A stretch of 53,240 bases of DNA from assembly GCA_019058275.1 (NCBI GenBank), contig JAHLVW010000118.1:1-53240 (forward strand), in the 5' to 3' direction. Each line of letters begins with the position of its first letter. Position 1 is the first letter of the stretch. The translations under genes were made by a program, and so were the position numbers. The notes under the pieces were generated by a model. It was not told where the DNA came from and ran no database searches. It saw nothing but the letters and a program-made list of their open reading frames with translations. Below are positions 39,546-48,785 of this stretch, piece after piece. The DNA is from Candidatus Heimdallarchaeota archaeon (lineage in GTDB: Archaea; Asgardarchaeota; Heimdallarchaeia; JABLTI01).

Positions 39546-40727
39546 ATGATACCGAAAATAAGCTCTCGCAAACCTCCTTCTCCTAGTGAAGAGTTTCAAT
39601 ATCGTGATTTTGAGTTTGATGAATTATTGACTTCGTTTCGACGAGTTCTCACTAATCCTGGTGAAGCTATTGCTCGAGTAATTCTAATTGGTCCTTCTGG
39701 GTCTGGTAAATCATTTGTTTTAGATAATTTTCAAGCTAGGATTCAGAACAGACGTATTGTTAATCGTGAAACAGATGTTCAACTGAACTGCATAAGCATT
39801 GATTGTGCTAAGCACAACACTTCAAAAACTGTTGTTTTAGAAATAATTCAGAAAATAGATCCTTTCTTTTATGCTAATGCAGATGAATGTCAAACAGCAG
39901 AGCTACAATACATTTTGGCTGACATTCTTTACGCACGAAAAGTACACTTGATAATAATTTTCGATAATATTGATTCATTAGTAGAAAAGGAACCAGTTGA
40001 AGTTAATTCTCTCATCTATGGTTTTCAGAGATTTTCAGAAGGAAAATCAAAGGACGAACCTAATCTGTTCTCCCAAATCTTAGTTGCTCAGGATATTGAA
40101 TTTCTTGCGGAATTAGACAGAAGTGTCTTTAGAAAGATCGTAACCGATGTTATTCCTTTCGAGCCTTATTCAGCTCAGCAAACTTTCAATCTAGTTAATG
40201 AATACATTAAGAAGAATATCAAGAAGAAAATTGTTGAAGAAACTATTTGGTTTATAGCTATGATATCTCGAGGCAACATGCATTTATCATTAGAATTAGT
40301 AGATAAAGCTGATACACTTGCTCAGAAAAATCATTCCATTACAATAATCCCAGAACATTTACGAGCTGTAAATAAATCTCTGACAGATTTCTGTATAACA
40401 AATCAAAAACTAGAGGAATTCACAATAGGGCACAAACTTTTGTTATTAACAATTGCCCGAAGATTCAAGAGTAGCACGAAAGCATTCCTTAATTTCCTTG
40501 ATTTACCAAGTTTTTACATAAGCATCTGTGAAGAATACAATCAAATGCAATTAGCAAAAATGTTTTCAGATATTCTAAGTGATTTAGAGAAAAACGCAAT
40601 GATAGCTTTACATAATCTCGAGAGAGAAATACTATTATCACTCTCAGATATATCAGCAACGGAGTTAGCAAATCAACTGGAAGAGACCCTAAAAGCAAAA
40701 CGAAGAGATAAACCGTACTTCCTATAG
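39546..40727 (+). CDS. cdc6: Orc1/Cdc6-family AAA+ protein (divergent paralog)
   Basis: RDFEFDEL, GPSGSGKS, IIIFDNID, IPFEPYS and a C-terminal wHTH. Confidence 0.8.
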   Translation: MIPKISSRKPPSPSEEFQYRDFEFDELLTSFRRVLTNPGEAIARVILIGPSGSGKSFVLDNFQARIQNRRIVNRETDVQLNCISIDCAKHNTSKTVVLEIIQKIDPFFYANADECQTAELQYILADILYARKVHLIIIFDNIDSLVEKEPVEVNSLIYGFQRFSEGKSKDEPNLFSQILVAQDIEFLAELDRSVFRKIVTDVIPFEPYSAQQTFNLVNEYIKKNIKKKIVEETIWFIAMISRGNMHLSLELVDKADTLAQKNHSITIIPEHLRAVNKSLTDFCITNQKLEEFTIGHKLLLLTIARRFKSSTKAFLNFLDLPSFYISICEEYNQMQLAKMFSDILSDLEKNAMIALHNLEREILLSLSDISATELANQLEETLKAKRRDKPYFL

Positions 40728-40843
40728 AAATTATTTGCAAAGTGCAATTATTTCACTTTTTTCTAAAATGATTCGAATCTTTCTTCTTAGAAATGAGAGC
40801 AAATTGTTTTAAACTAATTACATAATTCAATTATTAGATAAAA

Positions 40844-41770
40844 ATGCAAGAGTACGATATAATTACTATAGGTGGGGGACCAGCAGGTCTAACAGTTGGG
40901 TTGTATGGAGGGCGTTATGGGTTAAAAACACTAATTTTGGAAAAGCAATTAGTTGGGGGAGCAATGGCAATTTCGCCATTAATTGAAAATTATCCTGGAA
41001 TGGAACCAATAAAAGGAACTGATCTTACTGCAAGATACAAACAGCAAAGTACCTTCTTTGGTGCGGAAATAAAAGAATTAATTAGTATTACAGCACTTGA
41101 TCCAGATGAGAAAATAATTACTTTGAATACTGAAGAGCAATTCAAAACCAAAACAATTGTTTTTACGACAGGTAGTAGTCATAGAAAATTAGGTGTACCA
41201 GGTGAAGAGAAATATACTGGAAGAGGTATTTCTTGGTGTGCAACTTGCGATGGGAGCTTTTTCAGAAATCGAAAGGTTGTAGTTGTTGGCGGTGGTAATT
41301 CTGCAGCAATTGAAGCTTTGCATCTTGCTAAACTAACACCTGAGCTTCATATGATTCACCGCAGAGATAAATTGCGAGCTGAACAAGCTTATATCAAACA
41401 GATTGAAAAAGCAGGCATCCAATTCTATTGGAACTCTATTATTAAGGAAATTCTTGGTGATGGGAAAAAGGTCACAGGCCTTAAATTAGCAAATGTAAAA
41501 ACAGATGAAGTAACAGAGGTTCCAGTCAGTGGTGTTTTCATTTCTATAGGCTATGATCCTAATAATAAACTTGCAACTGAAATTGGTATTGAACTCGATG
41601 AAAATGGCTACATTATTGTTGACAAGAAGATGCAAACCAACATTGAAGGTATTTACGCTGCAGGAGATATCACAGGTGGACAAAAGCAACTTACCGTTTC
41701 TACAGGTCAAGCAACAACAGCAACTATGAACGCCTTCTTGTTTATGAATGGCGGTAGTTGGTATAAATAA
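40844..41770 (+). CDS. trxB: thioredoxin reductase
   Basis: GGGPAGL, IENYPG, CATCDG, GGGNSA, HRRD and GIYAAGD. Confidence 0.96.
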   Translation: MQEYDIITIGGGPAGLTVGLYGGRYGLKTLILEKQLVGGAMAISPLIENYPGMEPIKGTDLTARYKQQSTFFGAEIKELISITALDPDEKIITLNTEEQFKTKTIVFTTGSSHRKLGVPGEEKYTGRGISWCATCDGSFFRNRKVVVVGGGNSAAIEALHLAKLTPELHMIHRRDKLRAEQAYIKQIEKAGIQFYWNSIIKEILGDGKKVTGLKLANVKTDEVTEVPVSGVFISIGYDPNNKLATEIGIELDENGYIIVDKKMQTNIEGIYAAGDITGGQKQLTVSTGQATTATMNAFLFMNGGSWYK

Positions 41771-41898
41771 TAGAGAATTGTTTAAGTTCTCACTTTATTT
41801 TTCTTTTATTACCTAGATAGTTTTTATTGACCTTAGCGAAGAATTTTTTATTTAGCATTATTACTAAAGATTAACATCGTTAGGACGGTTTAGGAATC

Positions 41899-42612
41899 TT
41901 GCATTTACTTGTTTCCCCTCAAACACTATCAGAAGCTTTGGAATGTGTTAGAGGAAACGCAGACATCATCGATGTCAAGAACCCTGCTGAAGGTTCCTTA
42001 GGTGCTAATTTCCCTTGGGTAATCAAAGAAATCCGTACTAATGTTCCTAGTCACATACCTATTAGCGCCACAATTGGTGATGTTCCTTTCAAACCTGGTA
42101 CCGTTGCTCTTGCTGCTCTTGGTGCAGCTAATGCTGGAGCTTCTTTTGTCAAAGTGGGTTTATTCGGTGTCAAGAATACAAATGAAGCAGTAGAAATCAT
42201 GTGTGCTGTTACTAGAACTCGAGATAAACTTACCCTTCCAATTGCTGTTGTTGCTGCTGGTTATGCTGAAGGTAAGAGTATTGGTTCTATTGATCCACTA
42301 TCCATTCCTAAAGTTGCTCTTGAATCTTCTAGTGATTATGTTATGATTGATACTTACAATAAAATGAATGGTAAATCGCTTTTTGACCTTCTAGAATTTA
42401 GTGATTTGAAAAAATTCATATCTTCTGCTAGAAAGAAGAAACTAGGTGTTGCTTTAGGTGGGTCGATTGGTTTAAAGCATATCCCTATTCTAAAAGATTT
42501 GAAACCAGATATTGTTGGTATTCGTGGTGCTGTTTGTGAAAATGGTGATAGAATAAAAGGAACTATCAAAGCAAAATTGATTACCGAATTTCTTGAGAAA
42601 CTGAAAGATTAA
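41899..42612 (+). CDS. mfnB: (5-formylfuran-3-yl)methyl phosphate synthase (methanofuran biosynthesis)
   Basis: LLVSP, DIIDVKNPAEGSLGANFPWVI, SATIGD, KVGL and PDIVGIRGAVC. Confidence 0.92.
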   Translation: MHLLVSPQTLSEALECVRGNADIIDVKNPAEGSLGANFPWVIKEIRTNVPSHIPISATIGDVPFKPGTVALAALGAANAGASFVKVGLFGVKNTNEAVEIMCAVTRTRDKLTLPIAVVAAGYAEGKSIGSIDPLSIPKVALESSSDYVMIDTYNKMNGKSLFDLLEFSDLKKFISSARKKKLGVALGGSIGLKHIPILKDLKPDIVGIRGAVCENGDRIKGTIKAKLITEFLEKLKD

Positions 42613-42646
42613 ATAAAAACTTCAATTTTTATTTTCTATAGATTTG

Positions 42647-43348
42647 TTATTTCTTACTGACATATTGTCTCTCGAGTAATCCTCTTGTTTGTCCTAGTTC
42701 TTTGTCAGACAATTCCGGTCTTTTACCAACATCATCTTTAGTGAATTCTTTTGAGTCAATGAACATCCCTTCGGATAAGACCCCATGAATTATTTGAGGA
42801 GGTAATTTAGCAATAGGTAAAATGTCACCTTTCTTTAAACCTACAATATTTGTTGCTACATTATATCTAGCTACTCCATCTGCAACTAAGTATCTCCAAT
42901 TTTTGGTATCTATTTGATCTACAGATAATATCTCTCCACATAGAATGTCAATTGTATCAGCATAATCATCAGATAGTCCTTTCGTTAATCTTTCTCTCAT
43001 TGTGTAGAAGAAGTTCCTTATGAATAGCAAATTGGCTACTGATAATTTTCCTTCCATTCCTCTTGATGAAAGTATTTCTTCCCAGGTTTCAGGAAATGAA
43101 TCGAATATATCCTTAGCAAAAATCTCAATATCTCTCAATTCTTTTGAATGTAGAATTTGCTCAAGAGGCTTATAGCTCCACTTTAACGCCATTAGATTAC
43201 TTTTTATCTCAGATAGTCTCGAGAGTATTTTTTGACGATTAAGTGTAAGCGGTATTCGTTTATTTTGAACTAGATCAGTAAATTCGTTTGTAATTCCTTC
43301 AGCAATTACTAGCCTAGCATCTGAATCGATTCCAGCCAAATTTCTCAC
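42647..43348 (-). CDS. archaeal tRNA-binding (Trbp-type OB-fold) protein with helical N-terminus
   Basis: GEILSV, VATN and AKLPP.IIHGVLSEGMF. Confidence 0.75.
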   Translation of the reverse strand: MRNLAGIDSDARLVIAEGITNEFTDLVQNKRIPLTLNRQKILSRLSEIKSNLMALKWSYKPLEQILHSKELRDIEIFAKDIFDSFPETWEEILSSRGMEGKLSVANLLFIRNFFYTMRERLTKGLSDDYADTIDILCGEILSVDQIDTKNWRYLVADGVARYNVATNIVGLKKGDILPIAKLPPQIIHGVLSEGMFIDSKEFTKDDVGKRPELSDKELGQTRGLLERQYVSKK

Positions 43349-43656
43349 CTTATTTCATTTTCATATCATAAATTCTTTTTTCAGTACTATTTTAAACTTC
43401 TTTCTCTAAATGATTTTTCCTCTTATTTCAAAGGAAAACTCCTTTCTTCACAGGAAATACTTTCGGTCAACCCTCACAGAAGCGCTTTTAATACTAAGTG
43501 CATTTAGCTTAACTTAGAAATATTTCAGAAACCTAAAGCGAAACTCAAACACAAGCAAAGTAAAGGATTTATATTAAATGATGACTCTTTCTATCTCCTA
43601 AGAAGCGAAAGAATCATATTGATTTAGGTCTTTGAGTTATTTCAGGAGAAAAAAGA

Positions 43657-44895
43657 ATGTCGAAAAAGAAAGAGGAAAAGGATGCTCCTAAGAAAAAGAT
43701 ATCCACTAAGAAAAAGGAAGAGAAACAAACTCCCCTAGATGAATTGGTAGAAGACGCTTATCAAAGTGTTTTAGAAGAAGACGATAAAACAAAGAAGACT
43801 CCCAAAGCAAAAGCTGATGATGAAGAAGAGAAACCAAAGAAAGGTACGAAAACTACAAAGAAGAAAAAAGATGAAGAGGAAGAAAAAGCAAAAAAAACTC
43901 CTACATTGACAACATTCGAGGGGGGCTATTTCGATGCTATTTCTAGAGACGATGGAAAAGAAATTCCTGTTCAAGATCTTCCGGGAGTTGGACCTGCTAC
44001 TGCACACAAGCTAAAGGAAGCGGGGTTAGTATCAATTAGATCGATTGCTCTTTCTAGTATAAAAGAATTAGTTGATAATGCTGATTTGGGTGAAAAAACA
44101 GCTGCTAAGCTCATTAAAATGTGTCAAGAACAAGTTGGGTTGACATTTAGTACAGCAGATACTCTCTATACTGAACGACTTGGTCTCGAGAGGCTAACCA
44201 CTGGTTCTGATAATCTTGATGAGCTTTTTGGCGGTGGAATTGAAACTGGTAACATTACTGAGCTCTTTGGTGAGTATCGTACAGGTAAAACACAAATTGC
44301 GCATCAATTATGTGTTACTGTTCAGCTTCCAAGAGAACAAGGTGGATTAGAAGCAAAAGCAGCGTATATTGATACCGAAGGAACATTCAGACCAGAAAGA
44401 ATCGTGGAAATGGCAGAACGATTTGGGCTTGATCCACAGCAAACACTTCAAAATATCACTGTTGGTAGGGCATATACTTCTGATCATCAAGTAAATTTGG
44501 CTCGAGATGTTAGTGTAATTGCTCGAGAAAAAAATATTAGACTGGTTGTGGTCGATTCACTCACTTCACACTTTAGGGCAGAATATATCGGTAGAGGAAC
44601 TTTAGCTTCTCGTCAACAGCATTTGAACCAACATATTCACTTCTTGTTGAAATTAGGTGAAATGCATCATGTAGCAATAGTAGTAACAAACCAAGTTATG
44701 GCTCGTCCTGACTTCTTTTTCGGAGATCCAACCGCACCAATAGGCGGTCACATTGTTGCTCATTCGTGTACAACTAGGGTTTATCTTCGCAAATCTAAAC
44801 AAACAAAACGTGTTGCTCGAATTGTCGACTCACCAAATCTTCCAGAAGTTGAGACCATTTTTGAAATCTTAAGTGATGGAATACATGATGGATAG
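43657..44895 (+). CDS. radA: DNA repair and recombination protein RadA with ~100-aa charged N-terminal extension
   Basis: DLPGVGPATA HhH, GEYRTGKTQ, IDTEGTFRPER, DSLTSHFRAEYIGRG and TNQV. Confidence 0.97.
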   Translation: MSKKKEEKDAPKKKISTKKKEEKQTPLDELVEDAYQSVLEEDDKTKKTPKAKADDEEEKPKKGTKTTKKKKDEEEEKAKKTPTLTTFEGGYFDAISRDDGKEIPVQDLPGVGPATAHKLKEAGLVSIRSIALSSIKELVDNADLGEKTAAKLIKMCQEQVGLTFSTADTLYTERLGLERLTTGSDNLDELFGGGIETGNITELFGEYRTGKTQIAHQLCVTVQLPREQGGLEAKAAYIDTEGTFRPERIVEMAERFGLDPQQTLQNITVGRAYTSDHQVNLARDVSVIAREKNIRLVVVDSLTSHFRAEYIGRGTLASRQQHLNQHIHFLLKLGEMHHVAIVVTNQVMARPDFFFGDPTAPIGGHIVAHSCTTRVYLRKSKQTKRVARIVDSPNLPEVETIFEILSDGIHDG

Positions 44896-45046
44896 TGAAG
44901 TAAACTATTCAAATAATTAGAGAAGGAATTTCCCTTCAATATTCTATTTTTATCCAAGCTCTATAAACAAATAGTTACAAACTTATTCAATGATATCACA
45001 ATTGAGGTAGAATTTGTATTTATAATCAAGAAAAAGAAATAAAGTA

Positions 45047-45075
45047 GGTATAAACGCTTTGCTATCGTTTATACC
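45047..45075 (-). terminator. hairpin plus T-rich tract downstream of the small peptide ORF
   Basis: GGTATAAACG (45047-56) and CGTTTATACC (45066-75), followed on the minus strand by TACTTTATTTCTTTTT. Confidence 0.55.
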
Positions 45076-45127
45076 CTCCAGACTAAAGTTTAATCTCCCA
45101 TAGTGAAATTACTTCTATGTAATTTAC

Positions 45128-45274
45128 TCAGAAGATTCCAGTATCGTCATCCATAGCTCCTTGAACGCTTGTTGGTTCGCCAATGACTTTTTCAACGGCA
45201 ATTCCTCCAATGAGGAGGGTGAGAAGTATTGTAACTGCGGCTACTACTTTTGGATTAACCTTTTTCATTTTCAT
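45128..45274 (-). CDS. 48-aa secreted pro-peptide MKMKKVNPKVVAAVTILLTLLIGGIAVEKVIGEPTSVQGAMDDDTGIF
   Basis: Below the ORF-track cutoff. More GC-rich than the surrounding spacer; basic n-region, 18-aa h-region and short acidic tail. Confidence 0.75.
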   Translation of the reverse strand: MKMKKVNPKVVAAVTILLTLLIGGIAVEKVIGEPTSVQGAMDDDTGIF

Positions 45275-45473
45275 TTTTCAACTCGTACAATATTTATTAA
45301 ATATATGCAGCATATAAGAGCAAAATGCCCTTAGCTTAAATAAATAACTTATATGAGTTTTTAATTCTTTCGCGAAAAATCTATATAAAAACAAATGTTT
45401 TTATTTTTGTCGATAGTCATTTACCTATTTAGTTTTATAATGAATTTAAACCTCTAGTAGTTAGAGGAGATAG

Positions 45474-45511
45474 AATTTGAGTGAGAAAAACAATTTTCTC
45501 TCACTCAAATT
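45474..45511 (-). terminator. 13-bp inverted repeat at the stop of the first receiver gene
   Basis: AATTTGAGTGAGA / TCTCACTCAAATT. Confidence 0.5.
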
Positions 45512-45998
45512 ACATCTTCAAGATATAGCCTATATCATCTTCCCAAATAATGAATCCGTTCCTATCCGATATCATAGAAAAAATATCTTCAACTCGGTAT
45601 GAGATAGAATCAAAATTCAAACCAACAAATTCAGGATTATGTGGTTCAATAAAACGATTGATTTCAGATAGAATATCATCTATTTTCACTGGTTTAGCAC
45701 GAAATCTGATCCGCCATTTCATTGCATCTTCTTTATTTACACTAGGATCACCAGATATCATTAGAATTTTTGATGATGGATTTCTTGTAAGAAGTTTTTG
45801 TGTAAGAATTAACCCATTTAATTTTGGCATTTTATAATCTACAATTATAATTTCTGGTTTTTCATCTAAGCTATCATATAAATGAATAGCTTTCTCACCA
45901 TCTTCTGCATCAATTATATCATACCCTTTACTTATCAGTATCTCCTTGTAGAGCTTTCTAATGTGTTGATTGTCTTCAACAATCATAATTCTACACAT
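45510..45998 (-). CDS. response-regulator receiver (CheY-like) protein with ~45-aa C-terminal tail
   Basis: IVEDN, IVDYKMPKLNG, MISG and KPV. Confidence 0.93.
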   Translation of the reverse strand: MCRIMIVEDNQHIRKLYKEILISKGYDIIDAEDGEKAIHLYDSLDEKPEIIIVDYKMPKLNGLILTQKLLTRNPSSKILMISGDPSVNKEDAMKWRIRFRAKPVKIDDILSEINRFIEPHNPEFVGLNFDSISYRVEDIFSMISDRNGFIIWEDDIGYILKM

Positions 45999-46130
45999 TT
46001 TTCAATCATTTCCTTATTTTTCGATGGGGTTATAGAGGAATGCTGCTGTCCCCTCATAATTATCAATATTGAAAGTGCCTTTTTTCTATTACGACAAAAA
46101 TTTGTAAGTAATTAGAAACTCAAAAAGAGC

Positions 46131-46213
46131 ATTCTCAGCGTTCTAAATGCAATTTTCTACTTTCTTATAGAGTTTAATCCTCTGCTTAATTTTATCCCTC
46201 AGAAATCTACATT
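46131..46213 (-). promoter_or_regulatory. conserved two-box upstream element, copy 1
   Basis: Minus strand AATGTAGATTTCTGAGGG-N47-ATTTAGAACGCTGAGAAT. Confidence 0.65.
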
Positions 46214-46297
46214 AAAAATGAAGTTATTCTTTCATATTATCTGGAGAATATCACCACAACCTCAAAAATTATATGCATCAACTAGTTTCCATAAGCT

Positions 46298-48085
46298 ATG
46301 CTTGCATCATTGAAGAGAGAATTAATGACTGATATGCGTAAAATTATACGTCTTAATTCAGTTGATACAAGAAACTTAGTTGATTCCTTCAATAGTACAT
46401 TTCATAAAATAACAAAGATAATTTTTGCTCATTTTAAAGAAGAAATAAAACCCATAAAAACAACCATTAGTTTAGGTTCAGTTGATCCAGCATTTAGCGT
46501 ATCGTATGGTGTTAATCGAAATAAAAATGAAATCATTATTGCTGATTGGATTTTTGAATTGCCAAAGATGATAAAAGGTTATATCCTCTATTTTATTATA
46601 GTTAAAGAAAGTATTTTGTATTATCTAAATCCTGAATTCCTATATGAATTACGAGAAACAGAGGAAGCAATTGTTAACATTATAACAATTTTGTTATTAG
46701 CTGAGGTTTTTGAAAGCAGCTCATTAGATAGTCCTCTAATTGCTTCAATTACAGCTAGGATTCATTCAACTGAAATCAGTGGTAGGAACGCTCATTATTG
46801 GGTTAACTTATTGCATTTATTAATTGCTAAAAAGATATCTTTTAGTGAAGTAATTAATGCAATCAAGGGTGTATTTGATAAACCATTTGAAAAGCAACCA
46901 GAAGCTGAGCTTGTAAAAGGTTTTAGTAGTTGGATTTTTGAGAATGCAGTTAGAGAGGAGGATGTAATCTCTCCGATTTATTTATCAAACAGGTTAATTG
47001 ATACAGTTGATAATCTATTGGAATTTGGTTATGTTATTGGTACTGCTCCTAATATTGCTGATAAAATGAATCTTCATGAGAATACAGTTCGTAATCAAAT
47101 ACAGTTTCTTTCAGAGAATTATGCTACGTTTTGGAGACCTGAAATTAACCTAGAGAAAATTAATTTGCATAATTATTTCTTAAAAATAAAAATAAAAGAT
47201 TCAAAATCATTCGATAAAATAAATCAAATTATCACAGAAATCCCTTACATTAAAACATTATTTCATGGAAAATATTCTGATGAGCAAATCATCTATACAC
47301 CCACATTAATATGTCCTCATATTGTAGCTAATGGTTTAGATGCTAGATTAACTGATTTCAAAAATAAAAAGCTAATAGAAGATTATACATTGCAAATTAC
47401 TAGAGAAAAGAAACATTTTGCTACCATAACAAGCTATCCTTTAAAACCAGACAAAAAAACATTTCAACAGTTAATCGATGGAAAATATGAACCATATTTA
47501 CGTAACTACCTATTTACTCATAGTAAGAAAGAATTTTCAATGGTAATTGAAGATGATGTACCTATTGATTATAATTTATTGTTCTTTTTAGCTATTTTAC
47601 GAATGAAATATATGTTAAGATCTCGTGTTGGTGTTTGGGTCAATGAATTACCAAAGCTATATCAATTAAATGATATTAGTAGTGCTGATGTTGCTAAGCA
47701 AACTGATTTTCTTAACCAAATAGAAATTCGAGCAAGAAAGAGAGGATTTTTGGCATATTGCTTTTTCATTCGTTCATTAACAAGAAGAGGTAGTGATATT
47801 TTAGTCACTGAAATTCAAGATATTGATGATTATCCTGAAAAATTCATAAAGGAGACTATAGAAAAACTACGAATTTTCTCCTTTTTGGGCCAAATCACTC
47901 TTTATGATCGCATTATTCTTACCATGCCAGGTGTTTCTTATCATCACTATATTAAAGACATTATGGCAACAACACTTGATCAAGTCGGAATTAAATCGAC
48001 ATTTTACACTATTGGATTGCAACAATCTAAATTCATACCATTTCATGATTTATTTGATTTTGACGAACAAAAATGGAAAGCATAA
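46298..48085 (+). CDS. large putative transcriptional regulator with central Lrp/AsnC-like HTH and ligand-binding fold
   Basis: IADKMNLHENTVRNQIQFL...PEINLEKINLHNYFLKI is an Lrp-type HTH and linker; unknown ~220-aa N-terminal domain. Confidence 0.65.
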   Translation: MLASLKRELMTDMRKIIRLNSVDTRNLVDSFNSTFHKITKIIFAHFKEEIKPIKTTISLGSVDPAFSVSYGVNRNKNEIIIADWIFELPKMIKGYILYFIIVKESILYYLNPEFLYELRETEEAIVNIITILLLAEVFESSSLDSPLIASITARIHSTEISGRNAHYWVNLLHLLIAKKISFSEVINAIKGVFDKPFEKQPEAELVKGFSSWIFENAVREEDVISPIYLSNRLIDTVDNLLEFGYVIGTAPNIADKMNLHENTVRNQIQFLSENYATFWRPEINLEKINLHNYFLKIKIKDSKSFDKINQIITEIPYIKTLFHGKYSDEQIIYTPTLICPHIVANGLDARLTDFKNKKLIEDYTLQITREKKHFATITSYPLKPDKKTFQQLIDGKYEPYLRNYLFTHSKKEFSMVIEDDVPIDYNLLFFLAILRMKYMLRSRVGVWVNELPKLYQLNDISSADVAKQTDFLNQIEIRARKRGFLAYCFFIRSLTRRGSDILVTEIQDIDDYPEKFIKETIEKLRIFSFLGQITLYDRIILTMPGVSYHHYIKDIMATTLDQVGIKSTFYTIGLQQSKFIPFHDLFDFDEQKWKA

Positions 48086-48188
48086 AGCTCTTTTTTGTGC
48101 AAAAAGCAGTATTTTGACGTGTTTTTGACATTTATTCTTGAATTTTTGTCGTTTTATGAATTATTTGGTTAAACGATCAGTTGATTAA

Positions 48189-48272
48189 AATGTGGATTTC
48201 TGAGGGGGCAGTTTCCAGTGGAAAAGCGATTTCTGTGAGAGGAGAAAAAATCCAATTTAGAACGCTAAGAAT
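48189..48272 (+). promoter_or_regulatory. conserved two-box upstream element, copy 2
   Basis: AATGTGGATTTCTGAGGG-N48-ATTTAGAACGCTAAGAAT. Confidence 0.65.
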
Positions 48273-48413
48273 CGATTTTTTTGATTTTTAACATATGATG
48301 AGGATATTCCCGCAATATAAAAAAATACTTTTGGTTAATATTAACTTGAGTGCACATCAGCGCTTATAGACCGGAGAATAAAGCAAAGTAAATCCCATCA
48401 GCAATTATAGGAG

Positions 48414-48785
48414 TTGATTAAAAAGATGTGTAAAATAATGATTGCCGAGGATGATCCACAAATTAGAAATCTCTTCAGAAAGATACTCATAAGTAAGGGA
48501 TATGAGACTGTAGAGGCAACTGATGGGGAGCAAGCAATAAGAATCTATGATAAACTAGAAAATAAGCCGGATATAATTATTGTAGATTTTCGTATGCCAA
48601 AGGTAAATGGGTTAGAAGTTACTAGAGAGATTCTTAAAAGAGATCCCTCAAGCAATATTCTGATGATTACTGGTGACCCACGTGTCAACCGTAATAAAAT
48701 GGTAAATAGTGGAATTCGATTTAAATCCAAGCCTGTTAGAATGGACGAATTTCTCAATGAAATTCGAAGCTTTGCTCAAACCTGA
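48414..48785 (+). CDS. stand-alone response-regulator receiver protein (paralog of 45510)
   Basis: IAEDD, IVDFRMPKVNG, MITG and KPV. Confidence 0.94.
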   Translation: MIKKMCKIMIAEDDPQIRNLFRKILISKGYETVEATDGEQAIRIYDKLENKPDIIIVDFRMPKVNGLEVTREILKRDPSSNILMITGDPRVNRNKMVNSGIRFKSKPVRMDEFLNEIRSFAQT

